A stretch of 64,000 nt of DNA from Vulcanimicrobiota bacterium (GCA_963786105.1 CAWAXX010000012.1:64001-128000); one strand, 5' to 3'. Positions 20,959 to 32,455 are shown, counted from the first letter of the stretch. Numbers and translations: made by a program. The notes: generated by a model from the letters alone, not told the origin.

Positions 20959-21446
20959 AGGAGTTTCTCCATCGCAGCGACGTCCACGTGCTGCCCGTCG
21001 AGGACTCCATGCTGCCGGAAGACGCCGACCTCATCGAAACCGACTCGCCGATAAAGGCTTTTTCCGTGAGCGTTAGCGTTCAAGGCGTAAAGGACGATTT
21101 TGTGAAACGCACCATTCTTGGCGATGCGTGCGAGTTCGAACAGTAAGCCCGTGCCGATCCCGTGACCGCGATGCGAGCGGGCAACGTAGACGGAAAGATC
21201 CGCAATTCCGTCGTGTGCGCAGCGGTGCGAAAAACGGTTGAGCGACGCCCACCCCACCACCTCGCTACCGTCGGTCGCAACCAGAACCGCGTATCGCTCG
21301 TCGTGCTGCGACCACCATTGCGTGAGGTCGCGAGCCGACTTCGGCTGCGCCTCCAGCGTGGCGATCCGATCTTCGATGCCTTCGTTGTAAATACGGCGGA
21401 TCGCGTCGAGATCGCCGGCGGTGGCACGACGGACCTACGCTTCCAA
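20955..21446 (-). CDS. GNAT N-acetyltransferase, ArsN1/phosphinothricin acetyltransferase-like (TAG at codon 4)
   Basis: TTG GAA GCG TAG then VRRATAGDLDAIRRIYNEGIEDRIATLE...VVGWASLN...ADLSVYV...RGHGIG...DVAAMEKLL. Confidence 0.8.
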
Positions 21447-22028
21447 TTACGCTTCAGGGCAAGTCGGCGACGGCATGGGGCTCGACCGACAGCGTCCCAG
21501 AGCCGTTTCTCCCAGCACGTCCCGAGCAGCGAACAATAGCACAATCGTAAGTCGACGCGACGCACGTGCGCAAGAACGTCGCTTACCAGGGGCTCGCCTT
21601 CGACGCGCAGCAGTTCGAGCTTCGATCCCGCCGGAATGACGTCGCCGCGCACGATCGAGCTGATCGTCAGATTCGATCGTGCGTGCGTCCGCGCTTCTTC
21701 GTTTTTGGCGGCGTTTCGCTCGGGTTCGATGGCGATGCCCAGGGCCGACCGTCGCGTTCGGACTGTCCGGAGCCTCGATCGGCCGGCCGTCGCGCGTGAC
21801 GACCGCGCGGCGAATCAGCGCCGGACCGATACCGGCGTTGCTGACGTCCAGCTCGAAGTACCTGCCGGTCGACGACGACGTGATGAAGGTAAGGTACGGC
21901 CAAACCGTCGCGCTGTATTGCTGGCGAATCACGTAGGTCTGGTACGCTGAGGCGCCGGCGGCGACCGCGCTGATGAGTAAGGCGCAGAGTGCGATGAACA
22001 GGTCGAACCGAAAGCGCTTCTCGTCCAT
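21447..22028 (-). CDS. Hypothetical membrane-anchored protein (frameshifted)
   Basis: SD GGAG; TM helix, ATVWPYL, VSNAGIGPALI, and LCYCSLLGTCW in another frame. Confidence 0.6.
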   Translation of the reverse strand: MDEKRFRFDLFIALCALLISAVAAGASAYQTYVIRQQYSATVWPYLTFITSSSTGRYFELDVSNAGIGPALIRRAVVTRDGRPIEAPDSPNATVGPGHRHRTRAKRRQKRRSADARTIESDDQLDRARRRHSGGIEARTAARRRRAPGKRRSCARASRRLTIVLLFAARDVLGETALGRCRSSPMPSPTCPEA

Positions 22029-22085
22029 GTCTCCACTTTCAAGCGGGAGCGAAACCGTTCCGTCCGCATTGCGGTAAGGAAGGTC

Positions 22086-22768
22086 ATGCCGTACGCGGTC
22101 GTGCTCGCTCTCGCCTGGTCGCTCTTCGGAAGCGGCGCCCACGCCGAACAGCAGTTTCACTTTGCGACCACGGCGGCAGCCGCACGTGCGCGTCGAAACG
22201 GCCAACGGATTTATCGGCGTGACCGCCGGCAAGGCCGGCGCGGGCGTGAGCGTCACCGTGACGAAGCGAGCCGATACCGCCGACGAGGTGCGCGCCCTCG
22301 GCGTTGCGACCGACCAGCGCGGGAACGCGATTTCGCTGCGCGCGGTCTATCCCAAAGGGTGCGGCGGCTCGTGCGGAGGCGAAATCTCGTTTGCGGTGAC
22401 GGTCCCTCCGGGAACCGGTTTGGACTCTAAGAACCAGCAACGGTCACGTCGACGCGAGCGGCATCACCGCCGACGCCAGCCTGGTCTCGAGCAACGGTTC
22501 GGTGAGCGCGTCGTTCGCAAGCTTCACCGGAGTGAAGCGCGTGTCGCTCGAGACGAGCAACGGTCAGATTTCGCTCGAGTTACCCGCTGCGGCCAAGATC
22601 GGCCGGCTGCATGCGGAGACCTCGGTCGGCAAAATCTCGAGCGACTGGCCGTTGCGCATCGATCGCTCGAACTTCGTGGGAGGCAGCGTGGATCAGACGC
22701 TCAATCCGGGCGGCGCGTCCATCAGCCTCACCACAACCAATGGCTCGATCACCCTTAAGAAGATTTAG
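22086..22768 (+). CDS. DUF4097 beta-strand repeat (adhesin-like) exported protein (frameshifted)
   Basis: Signal peptide; repeats ETANGFI, TSNGHV, SSNGSV, ETSNGQI, TSVGKI, TTNGSI. Confidence 0.75.
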
Positions 22769-22857
22769 CATTCGGTAGAAATTGCGGGTACCGCCGCTCG
22801 GAATTTCTCGTGGCGAATAATTCCGAGCGACGGTCGCCGGCACTTTCCACCTAATGC
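22768..22857. terminator. Long imperfect hairpin between convergent genes, probable bidirectional terminator
   Basis: GCATTCGGTAGAAATTGCGGGTACCGCCGCTCGGAATT pairs with AATTCCGAGCGACGGTCGCCGGCACTTTCCACCTAATGC. Confidence 0.6.
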
Positions 22858-22859
22858 CT

Positions 22860-24239
<1,380 letters not shown>

Positions 24240-24255
24240 GACTGGTTCCTCGTTC

Positions 24256-25317
24256 TTAGACCTGAGCGTATTTTTCGTTGAAATAGGCGTGCACGCCCGG
24301 ATGATCGCGCAGCGTTTGCAGAGCCGTATCGGCATGGCCCTTGGTGTAGCCGTTGCCGACGATCATCGTCACGTCGCGACCCACGCCCTCGGCGCCCAGC
24401 GCGGCGGCGGTAAACGACGTCGACATCGAAAAGAAGTAGACGATTCCCTCGTCTTTCGCGCAGAGAATCGAGCCGAGCTCGGTGCCCGGCACGTTCACGC
24501 AGTTGACCACGACGTCGGCGAGTGCCGGCGCGATCGCGGCCACCTTTTCGCTCACGTCGAGCGCGTTGCGTGCGTCGGCGACGACGACGTCGTCGACGAG
24601 AGCGAGGCGCTTCAGTAGCTGCGCCGCGGGCGTCGTATCGTCGGGCACGATGCCGACGACCCGGCCGGTCGCTCCAACCCGAGATTTTGCTTGGGCGCAG
24701 GACAGCAGGCCGCTCTTGCCGTCGGCACCGACGATAACCACCGTTTGACCCGGCGAACACAGACGAGCTACTTGCGCGGGTGCCCCGGCGACGTCGAGAA
24801 CTGCAAGCGCGACGTTTTGATCGATGTCCTCTGGGAGTCTCGCCCACAGAGCGCTTGCGAACAGAACCGCCTGGCCCCGAATCCAGACGCGGCCGGTCGC
24901 GAGATCGACGCGGGTGACGGCTTCGATGCGCAGTGGCGTCAAGGTAAGCGATACGAGCGATGCAATGCGCTCTCCGCGGACAAGTCCCACGCGATCGCGC
25001 AACGCTTGCCCGACTTCGCGGACGCGTCCGACGAACATGCCGCCGCTGCCGGTCACCGGGTTGTGCTGCTTGCCGCGACGCTCGACGATGCCGGTGATGT
25101 GCGCGGCGATCCGATCGGCGTCGCCGCTGCATTCGTCGGCGATCTGCTTGAACGACGCCGAATCGATGTTGAGGATTTCTACATCGCAGAGAATTTCGTT
25201 GTCGAGCGCGACCGGCGTATTATCGAGTTGCCACGCGCTTTGCGGCATCGCGCCGGCCGGTTCGAGAACCCGGTGGGTGCCCAGCGGATGGAGGCGGCGT
25301 TCGGAAACGGTGCTCAC
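24256..25317 (-). CDS. kdd: L-erythro-3,5-diaminohexanoate dehydrogenase
   Basis: GTHRVLEP, LNIDSASF, RGKQHNPVTGSGGM, SLVSLTLTPL, LDVAGAPAQ, FFSMSTSFTAAALGAEG, GNGY. Confidence 0.88.
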   Translation of the reverse strand: MSTVSERRLHPLGTHRVLEPAGAMPQSAWQLDNTPVALDNEILCDVEILNIDSASFKQIADECSGDADRIAAHITGIVERRGKQHNPVTGSGGMFVGRVREVGQALRDRVGLVRGERIASLVSLTLTPLRIEAVTRVDLATGRVWIRGQAVLFASALWARLPEDIDQNVALAVLDVAGAPAQVARLCSPGQTVVIVGADGKSGLLSCAQAKSRVGATGRVVGIVPDDTTPAAQLLKRLALVDDVVVADARNALDVSEKVAAIAPALADVVVNCVNVPGTELGSILCAKDEGIVYFFSMSTSFTAAALGAEGVGRDVTMIVGNGYTKGHADTALQTLRDHPGVHAYFNEKYAQV

Positions 25318-25784
25318 GACTGAACCGTCACTCCGCCGCGGTCGTACGGCGTGGTGAGGACGATGGTCGTGCGGGTACGAGCCATCCCCGGCATGCCTTT
25401 AAGGCGGGCAAGCAGGTCGTCCAGGTGCTTGGTCGAGCCGGTGACGACCTTGCAGACGAAGGTCTCCTCGCCGGCTACGGAATGCACTTCGCACACCTCC
25501 GGCATCTCGCCGAGCGCGCGGGTGAAGTCGTCGTAGTTGCAGTCTGGGGCGGTATACAGGCTGACGAAGGCGGTCAGGAGCAGGCCGAGACGCTTCGCGT
25601 CGAGTTGCGCCGAATAGCGTTGAATGTATCCACGCTGCTCGAGACGCTTGACGCGATCGTGAACGGCCGGAGCCTTCAGTCCGACGATCGATCCCAGCTC
25701 GGCAAAGGTGGAGCGTGCGTTGCTTTGCAGCGCATCCAAGAGTTGCAGGTCGAGTTCGTCGAGTTCTTCTGTCGTCGCTACCAT
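25314..25784 (-). CDS. Lrp/AsnC family transcriptional regulator
   Basis: LDELDLQLLDALQSNAR...RVKRLEQRGYI HTH plus C-terminal ligand-binding domain; overlaps the kdd start. Confidence 0.92.
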   Translation of the reverse strand: MVATTEELDELDLQLLDALQSNARSTFAELGSIVGLKAPAVHDRVKRLEQRGYIQRYSAQLDAKRLGLLLTAFVSLYTAPDCNYDDFTRALGEMPEVCEVHSVAGEETFVCKVVTGSTKHLDDLLARLKGMPGMARTRTTIVLTTPYDRGGVTVQS

Positions 25785-25803
25785 ATTCGCCAAGGAGGAC
25801 TAT

Positions 25804-27462
25804 TTGCCGAACAATCTTCGGCTGTCAAACTATAGCACCAACGATTTATTCGGCGCAAGGGGGCGAGTCGTAAGCTTCCTGACGGCGGCCATAATCTTGC
25901 TCGGGGGCTGCGGGCGCGTTTCGGGGCCGCCTTACGCCCCGGCAGAAACCATCCGGTTCGCCCTGGCCGCCGACCCACAGACGCTCAATCCGCTGCTTCT
26001 CCACCCCGACGCGGCGTCGGTGGAGCACCAGGTCGCCCGACTCTCCTTCGAGCCGTTCGTCGACCTCGACGCGCGCGGGAGGCCCATCCCCGCCCTGTTA
26101 GCCGTAATTCCGGCGCGTGCTAACGGTGGCGTGTCGGCGGACGGCAGGACCATCGTTTATCGCCTGCGTCGCGGCGTCAAATGGAGCGACGGCGTCCAGG
26201 TAACCTCAGAAGACGTGCTCTTCACGTTGCACGCAATTCTCAATCCGCGCAATCCGGTTCGCTCGCAGGAAGGTTACGACTTGATCGACCACGCGACGGC
26301 GCCTGACGCGCAAACCGTCGTCTTTCACTTAAAGCACGCGTGGGCACCGGCGGTGATGACGTATTTTTCGTATGGGTTCGCTCCGCAGTTCGTTTTACCG
26401 GCGCACGTGCTGCGGACGCAGCAGCCACTCGCGCAAGCGCCCTTCAATGCGGCACCAACCGTCGGTGACGGTCCGTATCGCTTCGATTCGTGGCGACGCG
26501 GAGAAGGACTCTGGTACTCGGCCAACCCGTCCTACTGGCGCGGCAAGCCGGCCGTCGCGCGCCTCGCGGTGCGCGTTATCCCCGATCCGACAACGAACCT
26601 GTTGCTGCTGCAATCCGGCCAGCTGGATTGGAATCTGGTCGCTCCGGCTCAGCTTTCGGTGCTGCGCGGTAAGCCCGGCATCGCATACGTAAGCGTTCCT
26701 ACCGCGGTTGTCGCCGGGCTCGCGTTCAATACGCAGCACGCTCCACTCGACGACGTCCGCATCCGGCGCGCTATCGCGATGTCGATCGATCGTGATGCGA
26801 TTTCGCGCAAGATTACGCTCGGGATCTATCCGGTCACGAACATGATTCAGCCGCAGTTTTCGTGGGCGTTCGATCGATCGGTACGCGAGCCGGATTACGA
26901 CCCGGCGGCAGCCGACGAAACGTTCGACGCCGCAGGTTGGCGCAGGGGGGCCGACGGCATCCGCCGCAAAGCGGGGCGCCCGCTGGAACTGCTGTACGTG
27001 CAGTTTCCGGAGACGACAACCGGGGTCCGGGTAGCGACCGCCGTGCAAGCGTCGCTGCGCGAGCGAGGGGTAGCGGTGAGCATCAAAGCGGTCGCCAACG
27101 CACAGCTCTTCCTGCCACGGACCGGCGTACTGGCGGCCGGCGCCTTCGATCTCGCATACATCCCCTGGACGATGGGTCCCGACCCCGACGACTCCTCGAT
27201 TCTACGATGCGGCGCGCCGTCCAACTACATGCGGTGGTGCGATCGCCGCGTCGACGCACTCGAGCGCGCGGCATTGGCATCGATCGACCAGGCGGTGCGT
27301 AAACGAACGTACGCGCGAATCGGACGGATCGTCGCCGCCGACGTCCCCATTCTCTATCTTTTTAACGCCGATTACGTGTACGCGTATCGCAAGCGGCTTG
27401 GCGGTTTTGCACCGAACGCATTCCTGCCGACCTGGAACGCTTTCGCTTGGCAGCTGCGCTAG
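25804..27462 (+). CDS. ABC peptide substrate-binding lipoprotein (family 5)
   Basis: SD AAGGAGG before TTG 25804; lipobox LGGC; LRRGVKWSDG, VGDGPYRF, DVRIRRAIAMSIDR. Start uncertain. Confidence 0.85.
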   Translation: MPNNLRLSNYSTNDLFGARGRVVSFLTAAIILLGGCGRVSGPPYAPAETIRFALAADPQTLNPLLLHPDAASVEHQVARLSFEPFVDLDARGRPIPALLAVIPARANGGVSADGRTIVYRLRRGVKWSDGVQVTSEDVLFTLHAILNPRNPVRSQEGYDLIDHATAPDAQTVVFHLKHAWAPAVMTYFSYGFAPQFVLPAHVLRTQQPLAQAPFNAAPTVGDGPYRFDSWRRGEGLWYSANPSYWRGKPAVARLAVRVIPDPTTNLLLLQSGQLDWNLVAPAQLSVLRGKPGIAYVSVPTAVVAGLAFNTQHAPLDDVRIRRAIAMSIDRDAISRKITLGIYPVTNMIQPQFSWAFDRSVREPDYDPAAADETFDAAGWRRGADGIRRKAGRPLELLYVQFPETTTGVRVATAVQASLRERGVAVSIKAVANAQLFLPRTGVLAAGAFDLAYIPWTMGPDPDDSSILRCGAPSNYMRWCDRRVDALERAALASIDQAVRKRTYARIGRIVAADVPILYLFNADYVYAYRKRLGGFAPNAFLPTWNAFAWQLR

Positions 27463-27558
27463 CAATCCCGCTGGGGCGACGCTGACAAAGGCGGGATCGG
27501 CGCTTAACAGGCGGTGGCCCCCTCGCCTGGCGAAAAGCGCGCCCGGGAGCCTGAACTC

Positions 27559-30500
27559 TTGATCGAAGCCTTCCTCAAACGTCCGCTATTTGCCGGCGTT
27601 CTGAGCTTTGTAGTGCTGCTGGCGGGCTTGATTTGCATTCCGATCTTGCCGATTTCGCAGTACCCGCAAATCTCGCCGCCGACGGTGACGGTGACGGCAA
27701 ACTTTCCGGGGGCGGATGCCGAGGCGGTGGTGCGCTCGGTGACGACGCCCTTAGAGATCAACATCAACGGTGCCGACGGCCTGCAGTATATGCAGTCGTA
27801 CTCCAGCTCGAACGGCATCGTCACCATCACCTGCACGTTTGCGCTCGGGACCGACCCGACGACCGATCAAACCAACGTGCAACACGGCGTCGACCTCACG
27901 CTCGCGCAGCTGCCCACCGCGGTACAGCAGCAAGGCGTGTCCGTGCAAAAGAGTTCGGGCAACATCACCATCGCGGTCGCTATGACGTCGACGAGCTCGT
28001 CCGTGAGCGACGTTGCGGTGAGCAACTACGCCGACATCAACGTCATCGAGGATCTCAAACGGATTCGCGGAGTCGGGAAAGTCGAAGTGCTCGGTGACCG
28101 TACGTACGGCATGCGCGTTTGGGTCGATCCGCATAAACTGCAAGCCAACGCGATTTCGCTGGATACCGTTCTCAACGCCATCCAGCAACAGAACCAGGAC
28201 GTCGCCCCCGGCGCCATCGGACAGGCGCCGACGACAGGCTCGCAGCCCTTTCAGATCCCCATTAAGGTCAACGGCCGGCTTCAGACTCCGCAAGAGTTCA
28301 AACAAATCGTGGTGGCGGCCCAACCCAACGGCGGTTACCTGCGCCTCGGCGACGTCGCCGACGTCGAACTCGGTGCGCAAAACTACGTAACCTCCGGACG
28401 ATACAACGGCCGAACTGCGGTCGTCTTGGCGATCGAAGGTGAGCCGACCGCCAACTCCCTTCAGATTTCGACGAACGTGCGCGCGACGATGGAACGCCTG
28501 AAGCCGTTTTTCCCGAGCGGAATGGATTACGCGATTGCCTTCGACACGTCGGATTTCGTCCGGGCGTCGATCAAGGAAGTCGTCGTGACGCTTTTGATCG
28601 CCATCCTGCTGGTCGTGCTCGTCATCTTCATCTTCTTGCAGAATTGGCACAGCACGCTGATTCCATCGATAACGATCCCGGTTTCGCTGATCGGCACCTT
28701 TGCGGCCATGAAGGTGATGGGCTTTACCATTAATACCCTCACCTTGTTCGGCCTTACGCTCGCGACCGGGCTGGTAGTCGACGACGCGATCGTCGTTTTG
28801 GAAAACATCGTGCGTCACATCGTCGACGACAAAGTCAGCGGTTTTGAAGCGACGAAGCGCGCCATGAAGGAAATCACCGGCGCGGTCATTGCCACCTCGC
28901 TGGTGCTCATGTCGGTTTTCATCCCGGTGGCGTTTCTGCCGGGAACCACGGGCTTGCTGTACCAGCAGTTCGCGCTCACGATGGCCGCGTCCATCGGCAT
29001 TTCGTTGTTCACGGCGCTGACGCTGGCGCCGGTTTTGACCTACGAGCTGGTCCACAGCGAAGAGCCCAGCAAGAACCCGTTCCTGATGTGGTTCAATCGC
29101 CGGCTGCTGGCGTTGAAGGCGTGGTATACGAGCTGGGTCCCCAGACTCGTCGCCCATCGAAGAATCATGGTCGCGATTTTCATCGGCGGTATCGTCTTGC
29201 TGGGCGTGCTGTTCCAGATCACGCCGCAAGGTTTCTTACCGACGGAAGACCAGAGCTTGCTGTACGTGATCGTCACCCTGCCGACTAGCTCCTCACTCGA
29301 TCAAACCACGGTCGTCGTGAAGAAGCTCGAGCGTCTCATGATGAAGATGCCGCAGGTCGAGGCGGTCACGTCGGGCATCGGCTTCGGCTTCGCCAACACC
29401 AGCGCCAATCAAGCAACGCTCTTCGTGCAGCTGCATCCGCTGGCGGACCGGCACGGGTTGGCCAATAGCTCGCTCAATCTGCAGTACAACCTGTACAATC
29501 AGTTTCTCGCGATTCCCGGGATGACGGCACTGCCCGCAAATCCGCCGGCGATCCCGGGCCTCGGCTCGACGGGCGGCTTCGCGATCGAGATCCAAGACAT
29601 CAACAATCTCGGGTTACCGGCGCTCAACAAAGTCGGCAACTCGATTCTCGCCAAAGCCGAAAAAGACAAGCAGCTATCGCAAGTCTACATTCCGACGCTG
29701 CTGACCGGGCCGTACGTCGTGGCCAAGTTCAACCGTTCGAAAGCGCTGGCTCTCGGCGTCTCCGCATCGAGTTTCTTCGACACGCTCGATGCGACCACCG
29801 GCGCCGCCTTCGTGAACTTCTTCGACTATGGAAGCCGCTCGTACAACGTCCTGGTGCAGGCCGGTGCGAAATACCGAACCGTTCCCGAAGACCTGAACCG
29901 CATTTACGTCGCCAACGCGAACGGTGCCATGATGCCGGTCTCGCAGCTCCTCGACATCTCGAAAACGACCGCCAACGTTACGATCATGCGGTTCAACGAG
30001 TACAACGCCTACGAGATCGACGGCTCGCCCGGTAACAACGCCAGCTCGGGCCAAGCGCTCGACGCGATGGCGAAGCTGGCGACGGACAACATGCCCAAGG
30101 GCATGAAATACGATTGGAGCGGTATCGCGCGCCAGCAAGTGCAGAGCGGACCGCAAACCATTCTGGTGTTCGCGATGGGGTTGCTCTTCGTATTCCTCGT
30201 GCTCGTCGCGCAGTACGAAAGCCTGACCACGCCGTTCGTCATCATGATGGCGGTTCCACTCGCGTTGGTCGGCGCCGTGGGCGGAATCTACATCCGCCGC
30301 CTGTGCGAGCTTCTCAGCATCGTCGTCCATTCGAAGCTGGCAGGTCACCTCGTTCTCGTGCCGCAGACCTCCAGCGATATCTACGCACAAATCGGCTACG
30401 TCATGCTCATCGGCCTGGCCGCAAAGAACGCGATTCTCATCGTCGAGTTTGCCAATCAGTTGCGCGAGCAAGGGCGCGAAACGATCGATGCCGTCACGCA

Positions 30501-30810
30501 CGCCGCGGCCGAGCGCTTACGTCCGATTTTGATGACGTCGATTGCGTTCATCCTGGGCATCTTGCCGCTGGCTTTCGCGCACGGTGACGGCGCGCAGTCG
30601 CGCATTTCGCTCGGCACCGCCGTGCTCGGCGGAATGATCGTTTCGACGGTTATGAACTTAGCGATCGTCCCGGTGCTCTACGTCATCGTCGTCAACTGGA
30701 GCGAGCGCAAGAAGAAAAAAGATCCGACGATTTCACCGCCCCACCCGCCGCCGCCGCACATCGCGGAGCCGCCCCCGCACCTGCCCGAACCGCCGCCAGC
30801 CGTCGTGTAA
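27559..30810 (+). CDS. RND efflux transporter permease (AcrB/HAE1 family)
   Basis: LPISQYPQI, GLVVDDAIVVLEN, GLAAKNAILIVEFA, RLRPILMTS; Pro/His-rich C-terminal tail. Confidence 0.93.
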   Translation: MIEAFLKRPLFAGVLSFVVLLAGLICIPILPISQYPQISPPTVTVTANFPGADAEAVVRSVTTPLEININGADGLQYMQSYSSSNGIVTITCTFALGTDPTTDQTNVQHGVDLTLAQLPTAVQQQGVSVQKSSGNITIAVAMTSTSSSVSDVAVSNYADINVIEDLKRIRGVGKVEVLGDRTYGMRVWVDPHKLQANAISLDTVLNAIQQQNQDVAPGAIGQAPTTGSQPFQIPIKVNGRLQTPQEFKQIVVAAQPNGGYLRLGDVADVELGAQNYVTSGRYNGRTAVVLAIEGEPTANSLQISTNVRATMERLKPFFPSGMDYAIAFDTSDFVRASIKEVVVTLLIAILLVVLVIFIFLQNWHSTLIPSITIPVSLIGTFAAMKVMGFTINTLTLFGLTLATGLVVDDAIVVLENIVRHIVDDKVSGFEATKRAMKEITGAVIATSLVLMSVFIPVAFLPGTTGLLYQQFALTMAASIGISLFTALTLAPVLTYELVHSEEPSKNPFLMWFNRRLLALKAWYTSWVPRLVAHRRIMVAIFIGGIVLLGVLFQITPQGFLPTEDQSLLYVIVTLPTSSSLDQTTVVVKKLERLMMKMPQVEAVTSGIGFGFANTSANQATLFVQLHPLADRHGLANSSLNLQYNLYNQFLAIPGMTALPANPPAIPGLGSTGGFAIEIQDINNLGLPALNKVGNSILAKAEKDKQLSQVYIPTLLTGPYVVAKFNRSKALALGVSASSFFDTLDATTGAAFVNFFDYGSRSYNVLVQAGAKYRTVPEDLNRIYVANANGAMMPVSQLLDISKTTANVTIMRFNEYNAYEIDGSPGNNASSGQALDAMAKLATDNMPKGMKYDWSGIARQQVQSGPQTILVFAMGLLFVFLVLVAQYESLTTPFVIMMAVPLALVGAVGGIYIRRLCELLSIVVHSKLAGHLVLVPQTSSDIYAQIGYVMLIGLAAKNAILIVEFANQLREQGRETIDAVTHAAAERLRPILMTSIAFILGILPLAFAHGDGAQSRISLGTAVLGGMIVSTVMNLAIVPVLYVIVVNWSERKKKKDPTISPPHPPPPHIAEPPPHLPEPPPAVV

Positions 30811-30835
30811 GGCAAACGCCGTGCACCGATAGCGG

Positions 30836-31046
30836 TGTCATCCTGAGCGGAGCTCGCGCAGCGGTGCCATCCTGAGCGGAGCTCGCAGCGAGCGCAGTCG
30901 AAGGACGCACCGTTACGTCAGCCGATATGGGAGGGGCGCGTTAGCACGCACAGGGTAACGCGCCCCTCCCAAAATCAATCGGTTGAGTGAATCGATGTGC
31001 GCTCGTCCTTCGACTGCGCGCCCGCGGCGCTCCGCTCAGGATGACA
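30836..31046. repeat. REP-like nested fold-back element, copy 2
   Basis: Partial arm at 30836, full arm 30865-30906, inverted arm 31005-31046, inner hairpin GGGAGGGGCGCGTTA...TAACGCGCCCCTCCC. Confidence 0.9.
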
Positions 31047-31051
31047 AGGGA

Positions 31052-32455
31052 TTACAGTGCTTTTACTGCGGCGGTCAGCGAGTCGACCGAGGCTTTGGCG
31101 TCGCCGAACAGCATCGACGTGTTCGGCATTTCGTACAGCGGATTCTCGATGCCGGCGAAACCGGAACGCATCGAACGCTTGAGAACGACGACGTTGGCGG
31201 CCTTGTCGACGTCGAGGATCGGCATTCCGTAAATGGGTGAACTCGGAACGTTGCGCGCCGCCGGGTTCGTCACATCGTTGGCGCCGATGATCAATGCAAC
31301 GTCGGTCGTGGGGAATTCGGGATTCACGTCGTCCATATCCAGTAGTTGATTGTACGGAACGTTCGCCTCGGCGAGTAGCACGTTCATGTGGCCGGGCATG
31401 CGGCCCGCGACCGGATGAATGGCGTAAGCGACTTTGACGCCGCGTTTTTCGAGCTGATCTGCGAGCGCTTTTACGCTGTGCTGGGCCTGAGCGACGGCCA
31501 TGCCGTATCCGGGGACGAATATAACCTTGCCGGCGTAGGCCAGCATGATGGCTACGTCGTCGGCACTCGCGCTGCGGATTTGCTGCGGTCCCCCGCTACC
31601 GGTCGCGACTTCCATCCCACCATGCGCGCCAAACGCTCCGAATAGTACGTTGGTGAGCGGCCGGTTCATCGCGCGCCCCATAAGGATCGTCAGCAGGGTG
31701 CCGCTCGCACCGACCAAGGCGCCGCAGATAATCAGCAGCGTGCTGTTGATTTCGAAGCCGGTTATTGCGACGGCTAAACCGGTGAACGAGTTGAGCAGCG
31801 AGATCACGACGGGCATGTCGGCGCCGCCGATCGGCAAGACGAAGAGGACGCCCAGCACCAGCGCGCCCACCAGCAGCGCGGCGAAAGCCCATGCCGGCAA
31901 CGCTCCGAGCGTTACCACGAACCATGCGGCCAGCCCGAGAATCCCGAGCGCTACCAGCGCGTTGACGACTTGTTGGCCGGGGTACGTTATCGGCCGCCCG
32001 GTCATGACTTCCTGTAGTTTCAAAAAGGCAACGATCGATCCGGCAAAGCTGACCGCACCGATAATTGCAGAGAGCACCAGCGACACGGCAATCACGTCGT
32101 CCATGCTGACCGTGCCGCCGCGTGAAACGTAGAATTCGACGGTGGAGATCAACGCCGCCGCGCCGCCGCCGGCGCCATTATAGAGGGCGACCATCTGTGG
32201 CATTGCGGTCATCTTGACTTTCAGCGCGGCATAGACGCCGATGACGCCGCCGACGATCGTTCCGACCGCGATCGCCCACCATCCTACGCCGAGCGTTTGC
32301 ACGAGAACGCCTACCAGCGCGATGAACATGCCGATCATCGCCAGCCGGTTGCCGCGCCGTGCGGTGGCCGGCGAGTTCAGATCGTGGAGCCCGTAGATGA
32401 AGAGTCCGATGGCGACGAGATCCGCTAAGGCGATGGCGAAGTCAACGCCGCTCAT
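31052..32455 (-). CDS. pntB: NAD(P) transhydrogenase beta subunit
   Basis: MTAMPQMVA, IGGADMPVVISLLNS, VPGYGMAVAQAQ, IHPVAGRMPGHMNVLLAEA, GANDVTNP. Confidence 0.95.
   Translation of the reverse strand: MSGVDFAIALADLVAIGLFIYGLHDLNSPATARRGNRLAMIGMFIALVGVLVQTLGVGWWAIAVGTIVGGVIGVYAALKVKMTAMPQMVALYNGAGGGAAALISTVEFYVSRGGTVSMDDVIAVSLVLSAIIGAVSFAGSIVAFLKLQEVMTGRPITYPGQQVVNALVALGILGLAAWFVVTLGALPAWAFAALLVGALVLGVLFVLPIGGADMPVVISLLNSFTGLAVAITGFEINSTLLIICGALVGASGTLLTILMGRAMNRPLTNVLFGAFGAHGGMEVATGSGGPQQIRSASADDVAIMLAYAGKVIFVPGYGMAVAQAQHSVKALADQLEKRGVKVAYAIHPVAGRMPGHMNVLLAEANVPYNQLLDMDDVNPEFPTTDVALIIGANDVTNPAARNVPSSPIYGMPILDVDKAANVVVLKRSMRSGFAGIENPLYEMPNTSMLFGDAKASVDSLTAAVKAL

Noticed and set aside
20695..21437. 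Selenocysteine or pyrrolysine recoding of the in-frame TGA (P450) and TAG (GNAT)
   Set aside because: Both are non-catalytic positions explained by one C-to-T change (CGA, CAG), both lie in the error-rich zone, no sel or pyl genes are present, and TGA and TAG are ordinary stops throughout the window.
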